Assembly: GCF_963506605.1 (NCBI RefSeq)
Contig: NC_083277.1
Coordinates: 6,200,001 to 6,264,000 of the forward strand
DNA length: 64,000 nt
Reading direction: 5' to 3'
Source: Zootoca vivipara
Lineage: Eukaryota
How positions within the stretch are numbered: the stretch's first letter is position 1; every line of letters begins with the position of its first letter. The notes under the pieces were generated by a model. That model made no database searches and was not told where the DNA came from. It saw only the letters and a program-made list of their open reading frames with translations. Of the stretch, positions 10,017 through 22,379 are shown piece after piece. Position numbers and translations under genes: made by a program.

Positions 10017-12295
10017 CTAAGCGTTGCATTTAAATGGTTTTTCCCCTGTGTGAGTTAGGTTATGTCTTCTAAGCATTCCACTGTCTCTGAAGCTCTTTCC
10101 ACACTCCATACATTTAAATGGGTTCTCCCCTGTGTGAGTCCTTTGATGGATTCTTAGTGTTTCGCTACGACTGAAGCTCTTTCCACACTCCATACATTTA
10201 AATGTTTTGTCCCCTGTGTGAGTTTGATGATGTCTTCTAAACGTTCCGCTATCAATGAAGCTCTTTCCACACTCCATACATTTAAATGGTTTCTCCCCTG
10301 TGTGAGTTCGCTGATGTCTTCTAAGGGCTCCACTGTGACTGAAGCTCTTTCCACACTCCATGCATCTGAATGGTTTCTCTCCTGTGTGAGTTCGCTGATG
10401 TATTCTAAGGGCTCCACTGTGACTGAAGCTCTTTCCACACTCCATACAGCTGAATGGTTTGTCCCCTGTGTGAGTTTGATGATGTCTTCTAAGCATTCCA
10501 CTCTGTGTGAAGCTCTTTCCACACTCCATGCATTTAAATGGTTTCTCTCCTGTGTGAGTTCGCTGATGTATTCTAAGGGCTCCACTGTGACTGAAGCTCT
10601 TTCCACACTCCATACAGCTGAATGGTTTGTCCCCTGTGTGAGTTTGATGATGTCTTCTAAGCATTCCACTCTGTGTGAAGCTCTTTCCACACTCCATACA
10701 TTTAAATGGTTTCTCCCCTGTGTGAGTTCGCTGATGTCTTCTAAGGGCTCCACTGTGACTGAAGCTCTTTCCACACTCCATGCATCTGAATGGTTTCTCT
10801 CCTGTGTGAGTTCGCTGATGTATTCTAAGGGCTCCACTGTGACTGAAGCTCTTTCCACACTCCATACATCTGAATGGTTTGTCCCCTGTGTGAGTTCGCT
10901 GGTGTCTTCTAAGGGTTCCACTCTGACTGAAGCTCTTTCCACACTCCATACATCTGAATGGTTTTTCCCCTGTGTGAGTTAGGTTATGTCTTCTAAGCAT
11001 TCCACTGTTTCTGAAGCTCTTTCCACACTCAATACATTTAAATGGTTTCTCCCCTGTGTGAGTCCTTTGATGGATTCTTAGTGTTCCGCTATGACTGAAG
11101 CTCTTTCCACACTCCATACATTTAAATGTTTTCTCCCCTGTGTGAGTTCGCTGATGGATTCTTAGCGTTCCGCTATCACTGAAGCTCTTTCCACACTCCA
11201 TACATCTGAATGGTTTGTCCCCTGTGTGAGTTTGATGATGTCTTCTAAGCTTTCCACTCTGTGTGAAGCTCTTTCCACACTCCATGCATCTGAATGGTTT
11301 CTCTCCTGTGTGAGTTCGCTGATGTATTCTAAGGGCTCCACTGTGACTGAAGCTCTTTCCACACTCCATACATCTGAATGGTTTGTCCCCTGTGTGAGTT
11401 CGCTGGTGTCTTCTAAGGGCTCCACTGTGACTGAAGCTCTTTCCACACTCCATACATCTGAATGGTTTGTCCGCGGTGTGAATTCGTTGATGTACAGTAA
11501 GCTTTTCGCTATCGCTGAAGCTCTTTCCACACTCCATACATTTAAATGATTTCTCCCCTGTGTGAGTTTGATGATGTCTTCTAAGGTTTCCACTCTCTGT
11601 GAAGCTTTTTCCACACTCCATGCATTTAAATGGTTTCTCTCCTGTGTGAGTTCGCTGATGTATTCTAAGGGCTCCACTGTGACTGAAGCTCTTTCCACAC
11701 TCCATACAGCTGAATGGTTTGTCCCCTGTGTGAGTTTGATGATGTCTTCTAAGCATTCCACTCTGTGTGAAGCTCTTTCCACACTCCATGCATTTAAATG
11801 GTTTCTCTCCTGTGTGAGTTCGCTGATGTATTCTAAGGGCTCCACTCTGACTGAAGCTCTTTCCACACTCCATACATCTGAATGGTTTGTCCCCTGTGTG
11901 AGTTTGTTGATGTCTTCTAAGCATTCCACTCTCTGTGAAGCTCTTTCCACACTCCATACATTTAAATGGTTTGTCCCCGGTGTGTGCTCGCTGATGTCTT
12001 CTAAGGGTTCCACTCTGACTGAAGCTCTTTCCACACTCCATACATTTAAATGGTTTAGTCCCTGTGTGTGTTCCTTGAAGTTTTGTAGGAATTCCACTCC
12101 CACTGAAGTCCTTTCCACAATCCATACCTTTAAATGGTGTCTCCACTGTTTCAGTTCATTGATGTGAACTAAGGGTGTTCCCTGAATCACATTGTACATT
12201 CCACATATTTAAATTGTTTATTTGAGATTCCTAAAGAAATTACAGATTGCTCTGTCTTCTCTATTGCTTGCTTCTGAGTAAGGGGAAAGGAAATC
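10017..12295 (-). CDS. ZNF-1: C2H2 zinc-finger exon, 24 intact fingers; no KRAB exon found; in-frame stop at 12158-12156, first in-frame ATG after it at 12125 (may be a pseudogene)
   Basis: 709-aa ORF of CxxC..H..H/TGEKPF repeats; acceptor ttctcatctttacag|G at 12296/12295. Confidence 0.8.
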
Positions 12296-12509
12296 CTGTA
12301 AAGATGAGAACAAAGGAATATAACACACATCAAGTTCCTTTGGTGCCTTCTCTTATTTTAACATCTCATACACTCTTCCTTCTTATATGTTCCATTTTTA
12401 TTTTTTTTAGGAAATGAAATAATGTCAGATAATAGTAATGCATCATCAACTTTTAATTATCAATTATCAATTACTGTATCTACTCTGGAGTTGAAAACTA
12501 CTCATTTGG

Positions 12510-14640
12510 AGGAGCCGGAGGAGGAAGATGGTGCCTGAAGCAAGTCTCCTGTGAGCCTCAGCAGCGTGAATAGGAGCTTTTAAAAATAAAAATCAGGACT
12601 TCTGGATTAGCCGCGGTTGCAGCCAGGTCGGGGTCGACAAGCTGGGAGAAAGTGAATCACCCTATTATAGAGGGAAAGGGGTGTCCAGGGCAAGGAGAGC
12701 CCCAAAAACACACGAAGGAAAAGTTCGGAGTTCAAGGTGAGAAGCGGCACTGCAAAAGGGCTAGAAACCAAAGAACAAAAAAACAAAAAGGGGGAAAGCC
12801 CAAGCGCTAACAGAATGCCCAACCCTCTATGAGTTGCCTCAGGACGGGGCGCAAATCGGCGGCTGAGATTCATAAAAAGAAGGAAGCCAAGAGCAAAGCT
12901 ATAACCTTTGTAATAAATCTTAAATTACTGGAAAATATTAAGTATGAAGTTTTATGGACTTACTGAAACTGTTGAACTATGAGCTGTTGCTGCATTAAGG
13001 AGAATATTGAGCGCTGACGGCAAGAGAGAAAACAGAGAACTTGCTTGCAGTATCAGAAAACGTGCAAACTGCACAACAAGCGGTGCAGATAAATAAAGAA
13101 AAAATCTGGGGTTCAGGAGGAATAAAGGAAAAACCCTACACCAACCCGCCAAACCTGGAGGTACCCACAAAGAAGGGGAAAGGGCAAGGCGGAGAATAAA
13201 GAGAAAGGCTGCACGTTGCATGCTTAAGAAACAGAGGAGTAAGTAGAAGAGGTCTTTACAGCGACAGAGGGGTGAAGTGAAAAACGGAAAATAAAGGGGG
13301 GAGGAGGAGAAGAAACTTGGATTTTTAAACTTGAAAGTAACGTGGAGACTGAAGTAGGAGGAGGAAAGAAGAGCACAAACTCTATCTGAAGGAAAACAAA
13401 ATAAAAGGAAAGAAAGAGGAGGGGGAGAAAGACAGTTAAAACGCCAGAACTAAGAACCAGAGAAGGGAAAGTCTTTAAAATAAGATAGAAAAGCCAAAAT
13501 ACGTGAAAGCATTGGTTAATGGTGACAAGGTTCGGCTGAGTCACGCAAACTGGAAAAGAAAGGGAAAGGGAATCTAGTTAAAGCAACAAAGTAACTAAGA
13601 AAGTCTGAGACGGAAAATAGAAAGAAGGGAACAGCGACACCTAAAGGGCAACGTTGGTAAAACGACCCCCAAGAAAATAAAAGGGGGAAATTAACCTGGA
13701 AAACTTTCCCTTCAAGTAAGAAAAATGAGCTCAAATTAAAAATATAACCGACCCCCCCCCCCAGAGAAATAAGTACAGGAAAATACTCTTCTAGAAAAAG
13801 AAGGGGGGGGAACAATAATAGTGAAGATTCATAGAATAAACGGCTTATTGTAAAATGGACAAAAAAAATAAAAACCAAGCAATAACTACCCCAGCATCTC
13901 ATCAAAGACGTACCTCTAATCTAGAGGCAGAGACAATGGATATTAAAGTTAATTTTGGGCTTGAAAGCAGAATTAAGTGAAAAAATGGATACATTAAATG
14001 AAGAATTAGATAATATGGGACACAGAATTGAACAAAATACACAAAAATAGAACAGAATGTAAATGCAATAGAACATTTAAATAAACAGTTTACAGAACTA
14101 CAAGAGAAGAGTACAGAAATAGAAAAAGACTCCCAAAACTTGATGACAAGAACAACGAAGCAGGAGGATGTGGCGAAAAAGTGTCTTGAGGATTACAAAG
14201 AATTCAGGAAATCTCAAGATAAAATAAAATATGACATACAAAAAATTAAGGAAACACAAGAATTGATTTGGGATGCTCTTGCGATGCAAGAACTTAAACA
14301 GAATGACTTGACATTGAGGATTCAAGGCCTCAAAGAGACCCAAGATGAAAACATTGAGAGCATTTTGATCAAAGGCATTGCAGAGTGGCTACAATGGAAT
14401 AAGACGTCTCCATCTGTCTAGATAGAGCTTTCAGACTAAAATCAAAACAAGCTCGAAGCAATGGATGACCTGGGGATTGTCTAGTTTTCCTTAATTCTAG
14501 AATGTTAAGAGATAAGATCATGCAGCAAAAAAGGTGCAAAAGTTGAGAATTGATTATAAGGAGATTGTGATTATGAGAGAAGTGCCACCAAGGTTATTAA
14601 AGAAAATATCAAAATCTTTTCCGGGATGATAGGGCCTTGT
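12510..14640 (+). mobile_element. L1-clade LINE 5' portion (5'UTR + disrupted ORF1)
   Basis: GAAGATGG start, long A-rich UTR, coiled-coil-like region then LTLRIQGLKE..ENIESIL (ORF1 RRM-like) at 14140-14421. Confidence 0.65.
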
Positions 14641-14869
14641 CCTGGATTTCTAAAAACTGGATTGCTACTGGAATTTGTCTTATTATTATCAACTTAAAAC
14701 TTTCTAAAAATTATCCCTTTACCTGGCCAGAGCTCTTGGAATCTTTTCATGTGAGTTGGAGGAGTGGCTGAACAACATAAGAGCACAATACTTGGACTTG
14801 GGCAACTATCCCTACATTCTGATAGGGCTGTATAAAGATCTGCGTCTCTTTCTCTCTCGGCACCCCCTG

Positions 14870-15850
14870 CCATTGCTGGTCGGGGCTTCCCTCCCCCAGG
14901 GAGGCTTCCCTTCCTTCCTCCCCCCCCCCCAAAAAAAGTTCCTTTCTCTGCCCCCTCCGTCCCAGAGTCTCCCCTGCGCCCAGAGACCCCCTTGGCCCGG
15001 CTCACCCCTCGCCCTGCGCGCAGAATCTCTCTCGAGCGCACCGACCTCTCCATCCGGAGGAGCCTCCCAAGACGAGCAGGGAGGGGGGAGGAGATAAGAG
15101 ACGGAAGTGGGGGAGGGAGGGGGGGTCTCTTTCCAGGCCTCTCTAGGCATCTCGGCTCTCTCGCTTCTCTAACCCCTTCCTTGCACTTTACTTCTCTCCA
15201 GCCAAAAGAGGCGCGCCTCGCCACATACGCGCAGCAAGGAGGAGCGCTCCAGGGCATTCCTGCCAGGGGAAAACGGGGGGCGCGCGTTCCCCGGGGCGCT
15301 TGTTTGGGGGCCTCTCTTGAACCCCCCAGCCCTGTTTGGGGATGGGGGCTCTCATACGGGCGCCCTTGGTGGGCATCTCAATTCCATTCGGGAACGGTGC
15401 TTGGCTGGCCAGATGGGCAGTATGGTTATAAAAATGATAATAATTTTATTTCATTCATTTGGGGGGAAATAGCCAATAACTCAACACTTCCGATAGGGGC
15501 TGCTGCCACGCGCCCGGATTTTCCCGGCCATTCGCTCGTTTGTGTATGTGTATACAGTACTGTATACCTGTATAATTGTCGCTGCCCGAAAATCCCGCCC
15601 TGTCTCTGGCCGGGAAATTCCGGGCGCACGGCAGCCGAAGGGCAAGGCTCGGAGAAGGCAGCCTCTGAGACGCCCAGTCCTCCGAGGGTTAAAAACACTG
15701 AGCTGCGGCTCCTAGAGGGGCAGGAAGTTCGCCACGTTGGGGGGAGGGGAGGTCAGAGTGAGCCGCTTGCTTTGGTCCTCCAGGAAGGGGAAGGAGGCCT
15801 GGCGACGTCCCTCGGCCGGGAGGCAGATGCTACACAGGGCAGGACCAAAG
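14870..15850. promoter_or_regulatory. CpG island, probable bidirectional promoter between ZNF-1 (-) and ZNF-2 (+)
   Basis: High GC/CpG density between head-to-head genes; shared promoter motif at 15687-15728; donor GAG|GTAAAG near 15852. Confidence 0.7.
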
Positions 15851-16767
15851 AGGTAAAGGGGCCAGCTCACAGTTTCCTTTTGACCCAGGAGCTCAGGTTG
15901 CAAAATGGGGGTCCATCAGCTGGGTGCTCCCCTTGCACAAGTCTCTTGAAGCCTCCCTCCCCCCCCCCAGGATATTTGGCTGGGGGGCTGATTTGGTGCA
16001 GAAGAAGCAGCCTTGCTCGTGGAAGAGGAGAAACAGACCCTCTTAAAAAAATAAAAAATGAGGATATAAGGAAGGGGATTCCACTGTCCCAAGAATCTTG
16101 GTTTTTGCAGCTGCAAAGTGTCATAGAATCGTATAGAATTGTAGAGTCGGAAGGGGCCCAGAGGATCATCTAGTCCAACCCCCTGCAATGCAGGGATCTC
16201 GGGATTTGAACCCACAACCCTGGGATTAAGAGTCTCCTGGTCTACTGACTTCAGAACTGCATTTTTCTCAATTGCAGGATCTTCCTTCCTAAGAGCTCCA
16301 TCCAGTCCCTGTGGGGTTGTATCATGAAGTTGTAGAGTTAGAAGGGCCCCAAAGGATCATCTAGTCCAACCCCCTGCAATGCAGGCATCTCTGTTGAAGC
16401 ATTCAGGACATTTGGCCTTCCAACCTCTGCTTAAAAACCTCCAGGGAAGGAGAGGCCACCAGCCACGCAGAAAGAGGTGGAGCGGCTTTCATGATCCAGA
16501 GCCGCAGGGGAGCTGCTTTTAGAGTTCCTGGACCTGAAGAGAGCCTGTTCGGCTCCAATTTGCCTTCTAAAGCTCAAGTCTCAAGGCAGTGGCAATAAAT
16601 AATTTTTTCCCCTCCTTCCCTCTGAGGTTGCTGCTGTTCAAGGGGGGGTCTTCTCCAGACCCCCTATTGAGAGTTTGGCTGGACTCCTTTGCTCTGGAGG
16701 GGTAAATAAAAGCTGATCTGCTGGATCTGACTCCTTTTGCAGAGTTGTCACCTGGGAGCTATAAGGG

Positions 16768-17299
16768 TCCCCAGAATCATCTACTCCGACCCCTGCAATG
16801 CAGGTAGCATACCTCACTTACGAAGTTCCTAAAGTCAAGTTCATGCATTTATCCATGCAGCAACAAATGAACACAGGCAGAAATCTTGGGATATAAAATA
16901 TAGTGAAATAGCGGTCTGAGTTTGTAGTGAGCAAGGTGGGTACACAAGGTAAAAGAAAACGAACAAACTAGGCAAATTTAAGTTCCTTCCAGGTGAGGGA
17001 CATGACCTGAGTCTAGGAATACGCATCTGTGATCCCCAGAATCATCTACTCCGACCCCTGCAATGCAGGTAGCATACCTCACTTACGAAGTTCCTAAAGT
17101 CAAGTTCATGCATTTATCCATGCAGCAACAAATGAACACAGGCAGAAATCTTGGGATATAAAATATAGTGAAATAGCGGTCTGAGTTTGTAGTGAGCAAG
17201 GTGGGTACACAAGGTAAAAGAAAACGAACAAACTAGGCAAATTTAAGTTCCTTCCAGGTGAGGGACATGACCTGAGTCTAGGAATACGCATCTGTGATC
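16768..17299. repeat. Perfect 265-bp tandem duplication
   Basis: 16768-17032 repeated at 17033-17297; identical ORF translations in the track. Confidence 0.95.
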
Positions 17300-17393
17300 T
17301 TCGTGCATTAACTAGCCCTACACTTGCTAGTTGTATTTGCCTGCAATTTCCCACAAGCATTTCAAACTGAAAGCCCTTTTTTCTTTCTTTCAG

Positions 17394-17520
17394 TAACTGG
17401 TGCCGTTGGAGGCGGCGGGTGATCACATCCCCAAAGAGGAGTGAGATCTCCTGGATCCAGGCCAAAGAACTCTCTACAAGGAAGTCGTGATGGAGGATTT
17501 GGGGAAGGAGGTCTCTGCAG
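17394..17520 (+). pseudogene. ZNF-2 degenerate KRAB-A exon (stops at 17394 and 17442); probable start codon ATG 17490
   Basis: 127-nt exon, *LVPLEAAGDHIPKEE*DLLDPGQRTLYKEVVMEDLGKEVSA; ag/gtaagg sites intact. Confidence 0.8.
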
Positions 17521-17877
17521 GTAAGGGTACTTTTTCCGTGGCTGAGGGCTATTGAAGGGATAGATTCCTAGGGCAGAGCCGCATGTTATCCCCCAAAGAA
17601 TGCTGGGAACTGTAGTTTGCTTCTCACAGAGCTACAGTTTCCAGCACCTTTGGGACAACAGTGGTGTACTAGCAAGGACACAGCATCTCATTTACACCAG
17701 TGTAAAATGGGAAGGGGAGAATCATGTTTGCCACCTTAAACTCCTTGGAGGAAAAGGTTGTATGCAAATGTTATAAATGAATGATTTATAATTGTTCTGA
17801 ATTAATTCCAGTTTCTTTGGTGAACTGTTCTTTCCCCCCATGTTTTATTTTTCTTTCGTTCCCTCTGCCCCCAGCAG

Positions 17878-18662
17878 GTGATTGGCAGGCGAGCAAAAGT
17901 GAGAAGGAACCCTCTATCGAAGCAATGAAGCAAGAAGCAGGACGGGAGACATTTAGGGACCCAAAGGCATCAAAAAGGCAGAAGGCGAAGCAGTCAAAGA
18001 ACGAGGAAATCAAATCCTCCCTTTCCAAGGCGACTGAAGGCCGTGAACTCCTGATCCCCAAACAAGATCCCAAAGTCAAGCGAGGGATCCAGTGTCCCGT
18101 GTGCGCGAAGATCTTCAAATGCAGGTCGGACTACAATCGGCACCGCGTCACCCACACAGGGGAGAAACCGTATCAGTGCATGGAGTGCGGAAAGAGCTAC
18201 AGCGACAGCGGGACTCTTACCGCACATCAGAGAATCCACACGGGGGAGAAACCCTACGAGTGTGTGGAGTGCGGGAAGCGCTTCAACAGGAGCGGGACCC
18301 TTAAGAGACATCAGAGAAGCCACGCAGGGGAGAAACCCTACAAATGCCTCGAGTGCGGGAAAAGCTTCGGCCGCAACTCCATCCTCACGGCGCACGAAAG
18401 AACCCACACCGGGGAGAAGCCCTACAAATGCCTCGAGTGCGGGAAAAGCTTCAGTCGCAGCATAAGTCTCAACAGGCATAAAAAGAAACACGCTCAGGCA
18501 GAAACGGCAGAATGCGTGGAGTGCGAACAGGGGCTGAGCCCGAAATGCGTGGAGTGTGGAAAGGGCCTGAGTCCGAGTCAGCTCCTTACTGCTCATCAGA
18601 TAATCTACACAGGGGAGCATGGGAGCAACCATGTTAAGTTATGGAGGGTGGAACGAGCTTGA
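17878..18662 (+). CDS. ZNF-2 zinc-finger exon, 5 intact C2H2 fingers plus degenerate ones
   Basis: NAGNAG acceptor 17872-17877, phase 1 (G|GT GAT TGG); ORF 17781-18662. Confidence 0.85.
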
Positions 18663-19188
18663 GACGAGAGTCGGTGCCAGGGAACCCACACGGGGAAGAA
18701 ACCACATAAATGTTGGGGGGAGGGGGAAGCTGAATATTGCAGCGGACGACTTAGCAGGACGAGGGAGATGCCCTAAACGTGAACAGACTGTGGAAAGGGA
18801 TTCGGGAAGAATCTTGCTTCACATCAGAGAGCTCTCGCAGGGGGGAAACCCTCTTTTGCTGGAATGTTGTGTTGTGTTACAGTGGTGTACAGAACCTTTC
18901 AAGATTTTTTCTTTTCTGAAATCTTTATAACGGGGGGACTCACCCTGCTTTGGGGTGGGGGTGGGGAGGCACTAAATATGCCACTCTTCCTTCCCCTCAG
19001 TGAGAAGGGCTTCTTAATTCTCTTGGTGCCTCACAACTCTAGTGAGTGGGTGAATCGGATCAGCCCCCACCCCAAAAAGTGTTCCCTTCCCTATCCTGCC
19101 CACGGTCTCACTTCCCTGGGCTGCGAGTCTTTGGAATTGTCATTCCCATGGAAATGTGCCTTGGGCTGCTTATTGATCATAGAATTAA

Positions 19189-19414
19189 CAGTGGTACCTC
19201 TGGTTAAGAACTAAATTCATTCCAGAGGTCTGTTCTTAACCTGAAACTGTTCTTAACCTGAGATACCACTTTAGCTAATGGGGCCTCCTGCTCCCGCCGC
19301 ACCGCTGGAGTACGATTTCTGTTCTCATCCTGAAGCAAAGTTCTTAACCTGAGGTACTATTTCTGGGTTAGCGGAGTCTGTAACCTGAAGCACCTGTAAC
19401 CCGAGGTACCACTG
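19189..19414. mobile_element. Tigger/pogo-type MITE
   Basis: TIR CAGTGGTACCTC...GAGGTACCACTG, TA on the right flank; sits within a CR1 3' end. Confidence 0.85.
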
Positions 19415-19604
19415 TATAGGGCTGAAAGGGACCCATGGGTCATCTAGTCCAACCCCCTGCAATGCAAGGATATTGTGCTTGCCTGTTCCCTTTCCCGCCC
19501 ATCTTTGCCAAGCGACCAAACCCATTAACCTGTTTCAACTCTGCTGTTTCTGCTGACCGCCACATTGCTAGACAGGCGAGAACAGAAATCCCATTCTTCC
19601 AGGC

Positions 19605-19922
19605 CAGGGGTCAGCAAACTTATTCAGCAGGGGGGCCGGTCCACTGTCCCTCAGACCTTGTCGGGGGCCGGACTATATTTTGAAGGGGGGGAATGAACAA
19701 ATTCCTATGCCCCACAAATAACCCAGAGATGCATTTAAAATAAAATGATACATTCTACTCATGTAAAAACACCAGGCAGGCCTCACAAATAACCCAGAGG
19801 TGTATTTGAAATAATACATTCTACTCATATAAAAACATGCTGATTCCCGGACCGTCCCCAGGCTGGATTTAGAAGGCGATTGGGCCAGATCCAGCCTCCG
19901 GGCCTTAGTTTGCCTACCCATG
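19605..19922. mobile_element. hAT (Charlie-like) MITE
   Basis: CAGGGGTCAGCAAAC...GTTTGCCTACCCATG ends; degenerate 8-bp TSD TTCCAGGC/TTTCACGC. Confidence 0.7.
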
Positions 19923-20667
19923 TTTCACGCCCTCTTTTTTTCCAGCAAAGAGAACTGAAAACGACTTACAAAGAAAGTGTAAAAGCAAGAATACAAGCTA
20001 AAAAACATACGAGCCGATCCAACTCAACCCCGTCCCGTTAAAAACTAAGCTTATGTTTTAATTGTCGCAATCCGCCCTGGGGTCTTTGGGTGAAGGGTGG
20101 GTGAACAATAATAATCCCAAGGTCATTTTCTTAACATTTCTAAAACAGGCAGGTAGCAAAGGATAAGGTGGCACTTTTCTCTCTTTTTTAATAAGATGAT
20201 GGCAGCTAGATCTGAATATGCAACGCAAACCTGATACCCAGACTTGGAAGCAGGGATATGACAGACATCTTGAACTTGGCACCCTCCAGTTGTACTAAAA
20301 TTCCCACCAGCACCAGACTACATGGGAATTCTAGTCCAAAACAACTTTGGAATGACCAGATGATTTGAAATGTTTGCTAATATCCCGTAAGCCCCTGTAA
20401 CCTCCCTGGTTTTGTATTAACTATTTTGTATGGCTATTGTATGGATGTCTGTATATATTTTTGGTAGCAGCTAAGGGAAATAGTTTCCCGGTGAAGGATC
20501 CTGAGAAGGACGACTGGCATCAATTTAATATCAGGAGGACTAAAGTCAATACGATTAAAAAGGATCAATGTGGGAATTTTATACGGGGAATATGTAAGGG
20601 GTTATATCTTCTGTTTTCTTTCCGTACCTCCTATTCCTTTCCATTTCCTTTGCAGAAATTTGGTGGT

Positions 20668-20965
20668 AGAATCATAGAATCATAGAGTTGGAAGAGACCA
20701 CAAGGGCCATCCAGTCCAACCCCCTGCCGAGCAGGAAACATCATCAAAGCATTCTTGACATATGCCTGTCAAGCCTCTGCTTAAAGACCTCCAAAGAAGA
20801 AGACTCCACCACACTCCTTGGTAGCAAATTCCACTGCCGAGCAGCTCTTACTGTCAGGAAGTTCTTCCTAATGTTTAGGTGGAATCTTCTTTCTTGTAGT
20901 TTGAATCCATTGCTTCATGTCCGCTTCTCTGGAGCAGCAGAAAACAACCTTTCTCCCTCCTCTAT
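20668..20965 (-). mobile_element. CR1 LINE 3' fragment
   Basis: (ATTCTATG)n tail in reverse complement plus CR1 ORF2 C-terminal sequence; similar copies at 46640-47115 and 49760-49900. Confidence 0.8.
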
Positions 20966-21581
20966 GGTGGTGATGTAACAGTTCTCTTGTCTTGCTGTTT
21001 TACATAATATGGGTGATATTCAGCTCAATATTTCCATCAGGTGTCCCCAAATCTGCTCTGGAGGGTTGTGGGGGGGATTTGAGTGGGGGGGGGCATATGG
21101 AAGAGGAAAGGATTTTCGCCCCTACAAAAATATAATGACTTTTTAAAAGAGTTAGTCTTGGTTCAGTTGCTTCTGAAAATTCCATTAACACCCGTCGCCT
21201 GTTTCCCACATTCTTCTTTCAGTATTGCTATTTAATCCATCTTTCTTTCTTTGGGCATTCAAGGGATGAACTGGGACAACCTCAAAAGTGTGTAGCAACT
21301 TGCCTACCTTATTTTTAAATAACAGTGGGACAATTTGGGGGGGGGGGAATAAGCCCTGCAGCACCTGAAAGAGCAACAAATGCATTGTGGGATCAGATTT
21401 CATTGTGTAGACTCCACTGATGTTTTTATTATGTGGATGTTAGGGGAGTGGGTGGTACCTCGGGGGGGGGGACACACACCGTACTCCTTCTAGGGTTGTT
21501 TGTCCACCTTTGGCCCCCAACCTGCACTCAGATCTCGGCTGTGGCTCCTAGAAGCTGTCAGCCTGCGACAGCAGCCACAAT

Positions 21582-21796
21582 TAGGGTTGCCAGACTCAAT
21601 AGAGGACAGGACTTCTGTGCCTTTAATTGCCCTGCTCTCTTTTGAGTCTGGAAACCTTAAAGAGAAACCAGCAGATTCTTTGCTTGGAAATTAAACAAAG
21701 GGTCTGCTGGTTTCTCTTTAAGGTTTCCAGACTCAAAAGAGAGCAGGGCAATTAAAGGCACAGAAGTCCTGTCCTCTATTGAGTCTGGCAGCCCTA
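21582..21796. mobile_element. Palindromic hAT-type MITE (~95-bp arms)
   Basis: TAGGGTTGCCAGACTC...GAGTCTGGCAGCCCTA; TSD GCCACAAT/GCCAAAAT. Confidence 0.85.
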
Positions 21797-22009
21797 GCCA
21801 AAATCCCAGGAAACGGCTTCAACTGGCTGGCTAAACCAGGCAACCAATGTCGGAAGTGTAGACTTTGGTGAAATTTCTTCAAAATAGCTCAAAAACACAA
21901 AAAAGCAACTTGGGGAGGGGGAGCTTAATAACTTTTGTGCCTGAAATACTGTGTTTTTTTCCGTGTATAAGACTATAAAGTAAAGGTAAAGGGACTCCTG
22001 ACCGTTAGA

Positions 22010-22265
22010 CAGAAACAACAAATTCTCTCTGTGGGATTGGAATAACACTTGTAATGCGACGATGAACTAAGAAGACAATGGCGATATAAAAATGTGGGTT
22101 AATATAAAAGATGCAGAAGGAAAGGATTCACAATAAGACCCACAAAGGGGAGGAGGGGGAAGTCCAAGGGATTCTTTGGGATCTTGTTCTTATATATTAT
22201 GCTATTATGTGAATGGGAATATTAATTTGGAAAATCAAATAAATAGATTAAAAAATAAATAAATA
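22010..22265 (+). mobile_element. L1-clade 3'UTR fragment with A-rich tail
   Basis: Homologous to 43660-43830, which follows an L1 ORF2 C-terminus; weaker match to 1-150. Confidence 0.65.
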
Positions 22266-22379
22266 GAAATCTCTGGTTGCACGGTAAGGGAGGGAAAAGA
22301 AGGGCTTCCAAGAGGCCTCTCTCACCACTTTCTCAGGGGAGAAAAACGGAGGACCCAGCAGAGAAATGATGCTTCAGGC

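Noticed and set aside
10154-12199. Long antisense and shifted-frame ORFs over zinc-finger arrays (also 17994-18632, 52173-53012, 52867-53691, 61396-62852)
   Set aside because: Expected by-products of repetitive C2H2 codon usage; no independent gene signals.
10017-12295. Calling ZNF-1 PRDM9
   Set aside because: No PR/SET, SSXRD or KRAB exon is seen on the minus strand; only the array's evolutionary pattern is similar.
14694-16215. 393-aa and other ORFs across the CpG island
   Set aside because: Low-complexity GC-rich promoter DNA running into SINE sequence; no domain.
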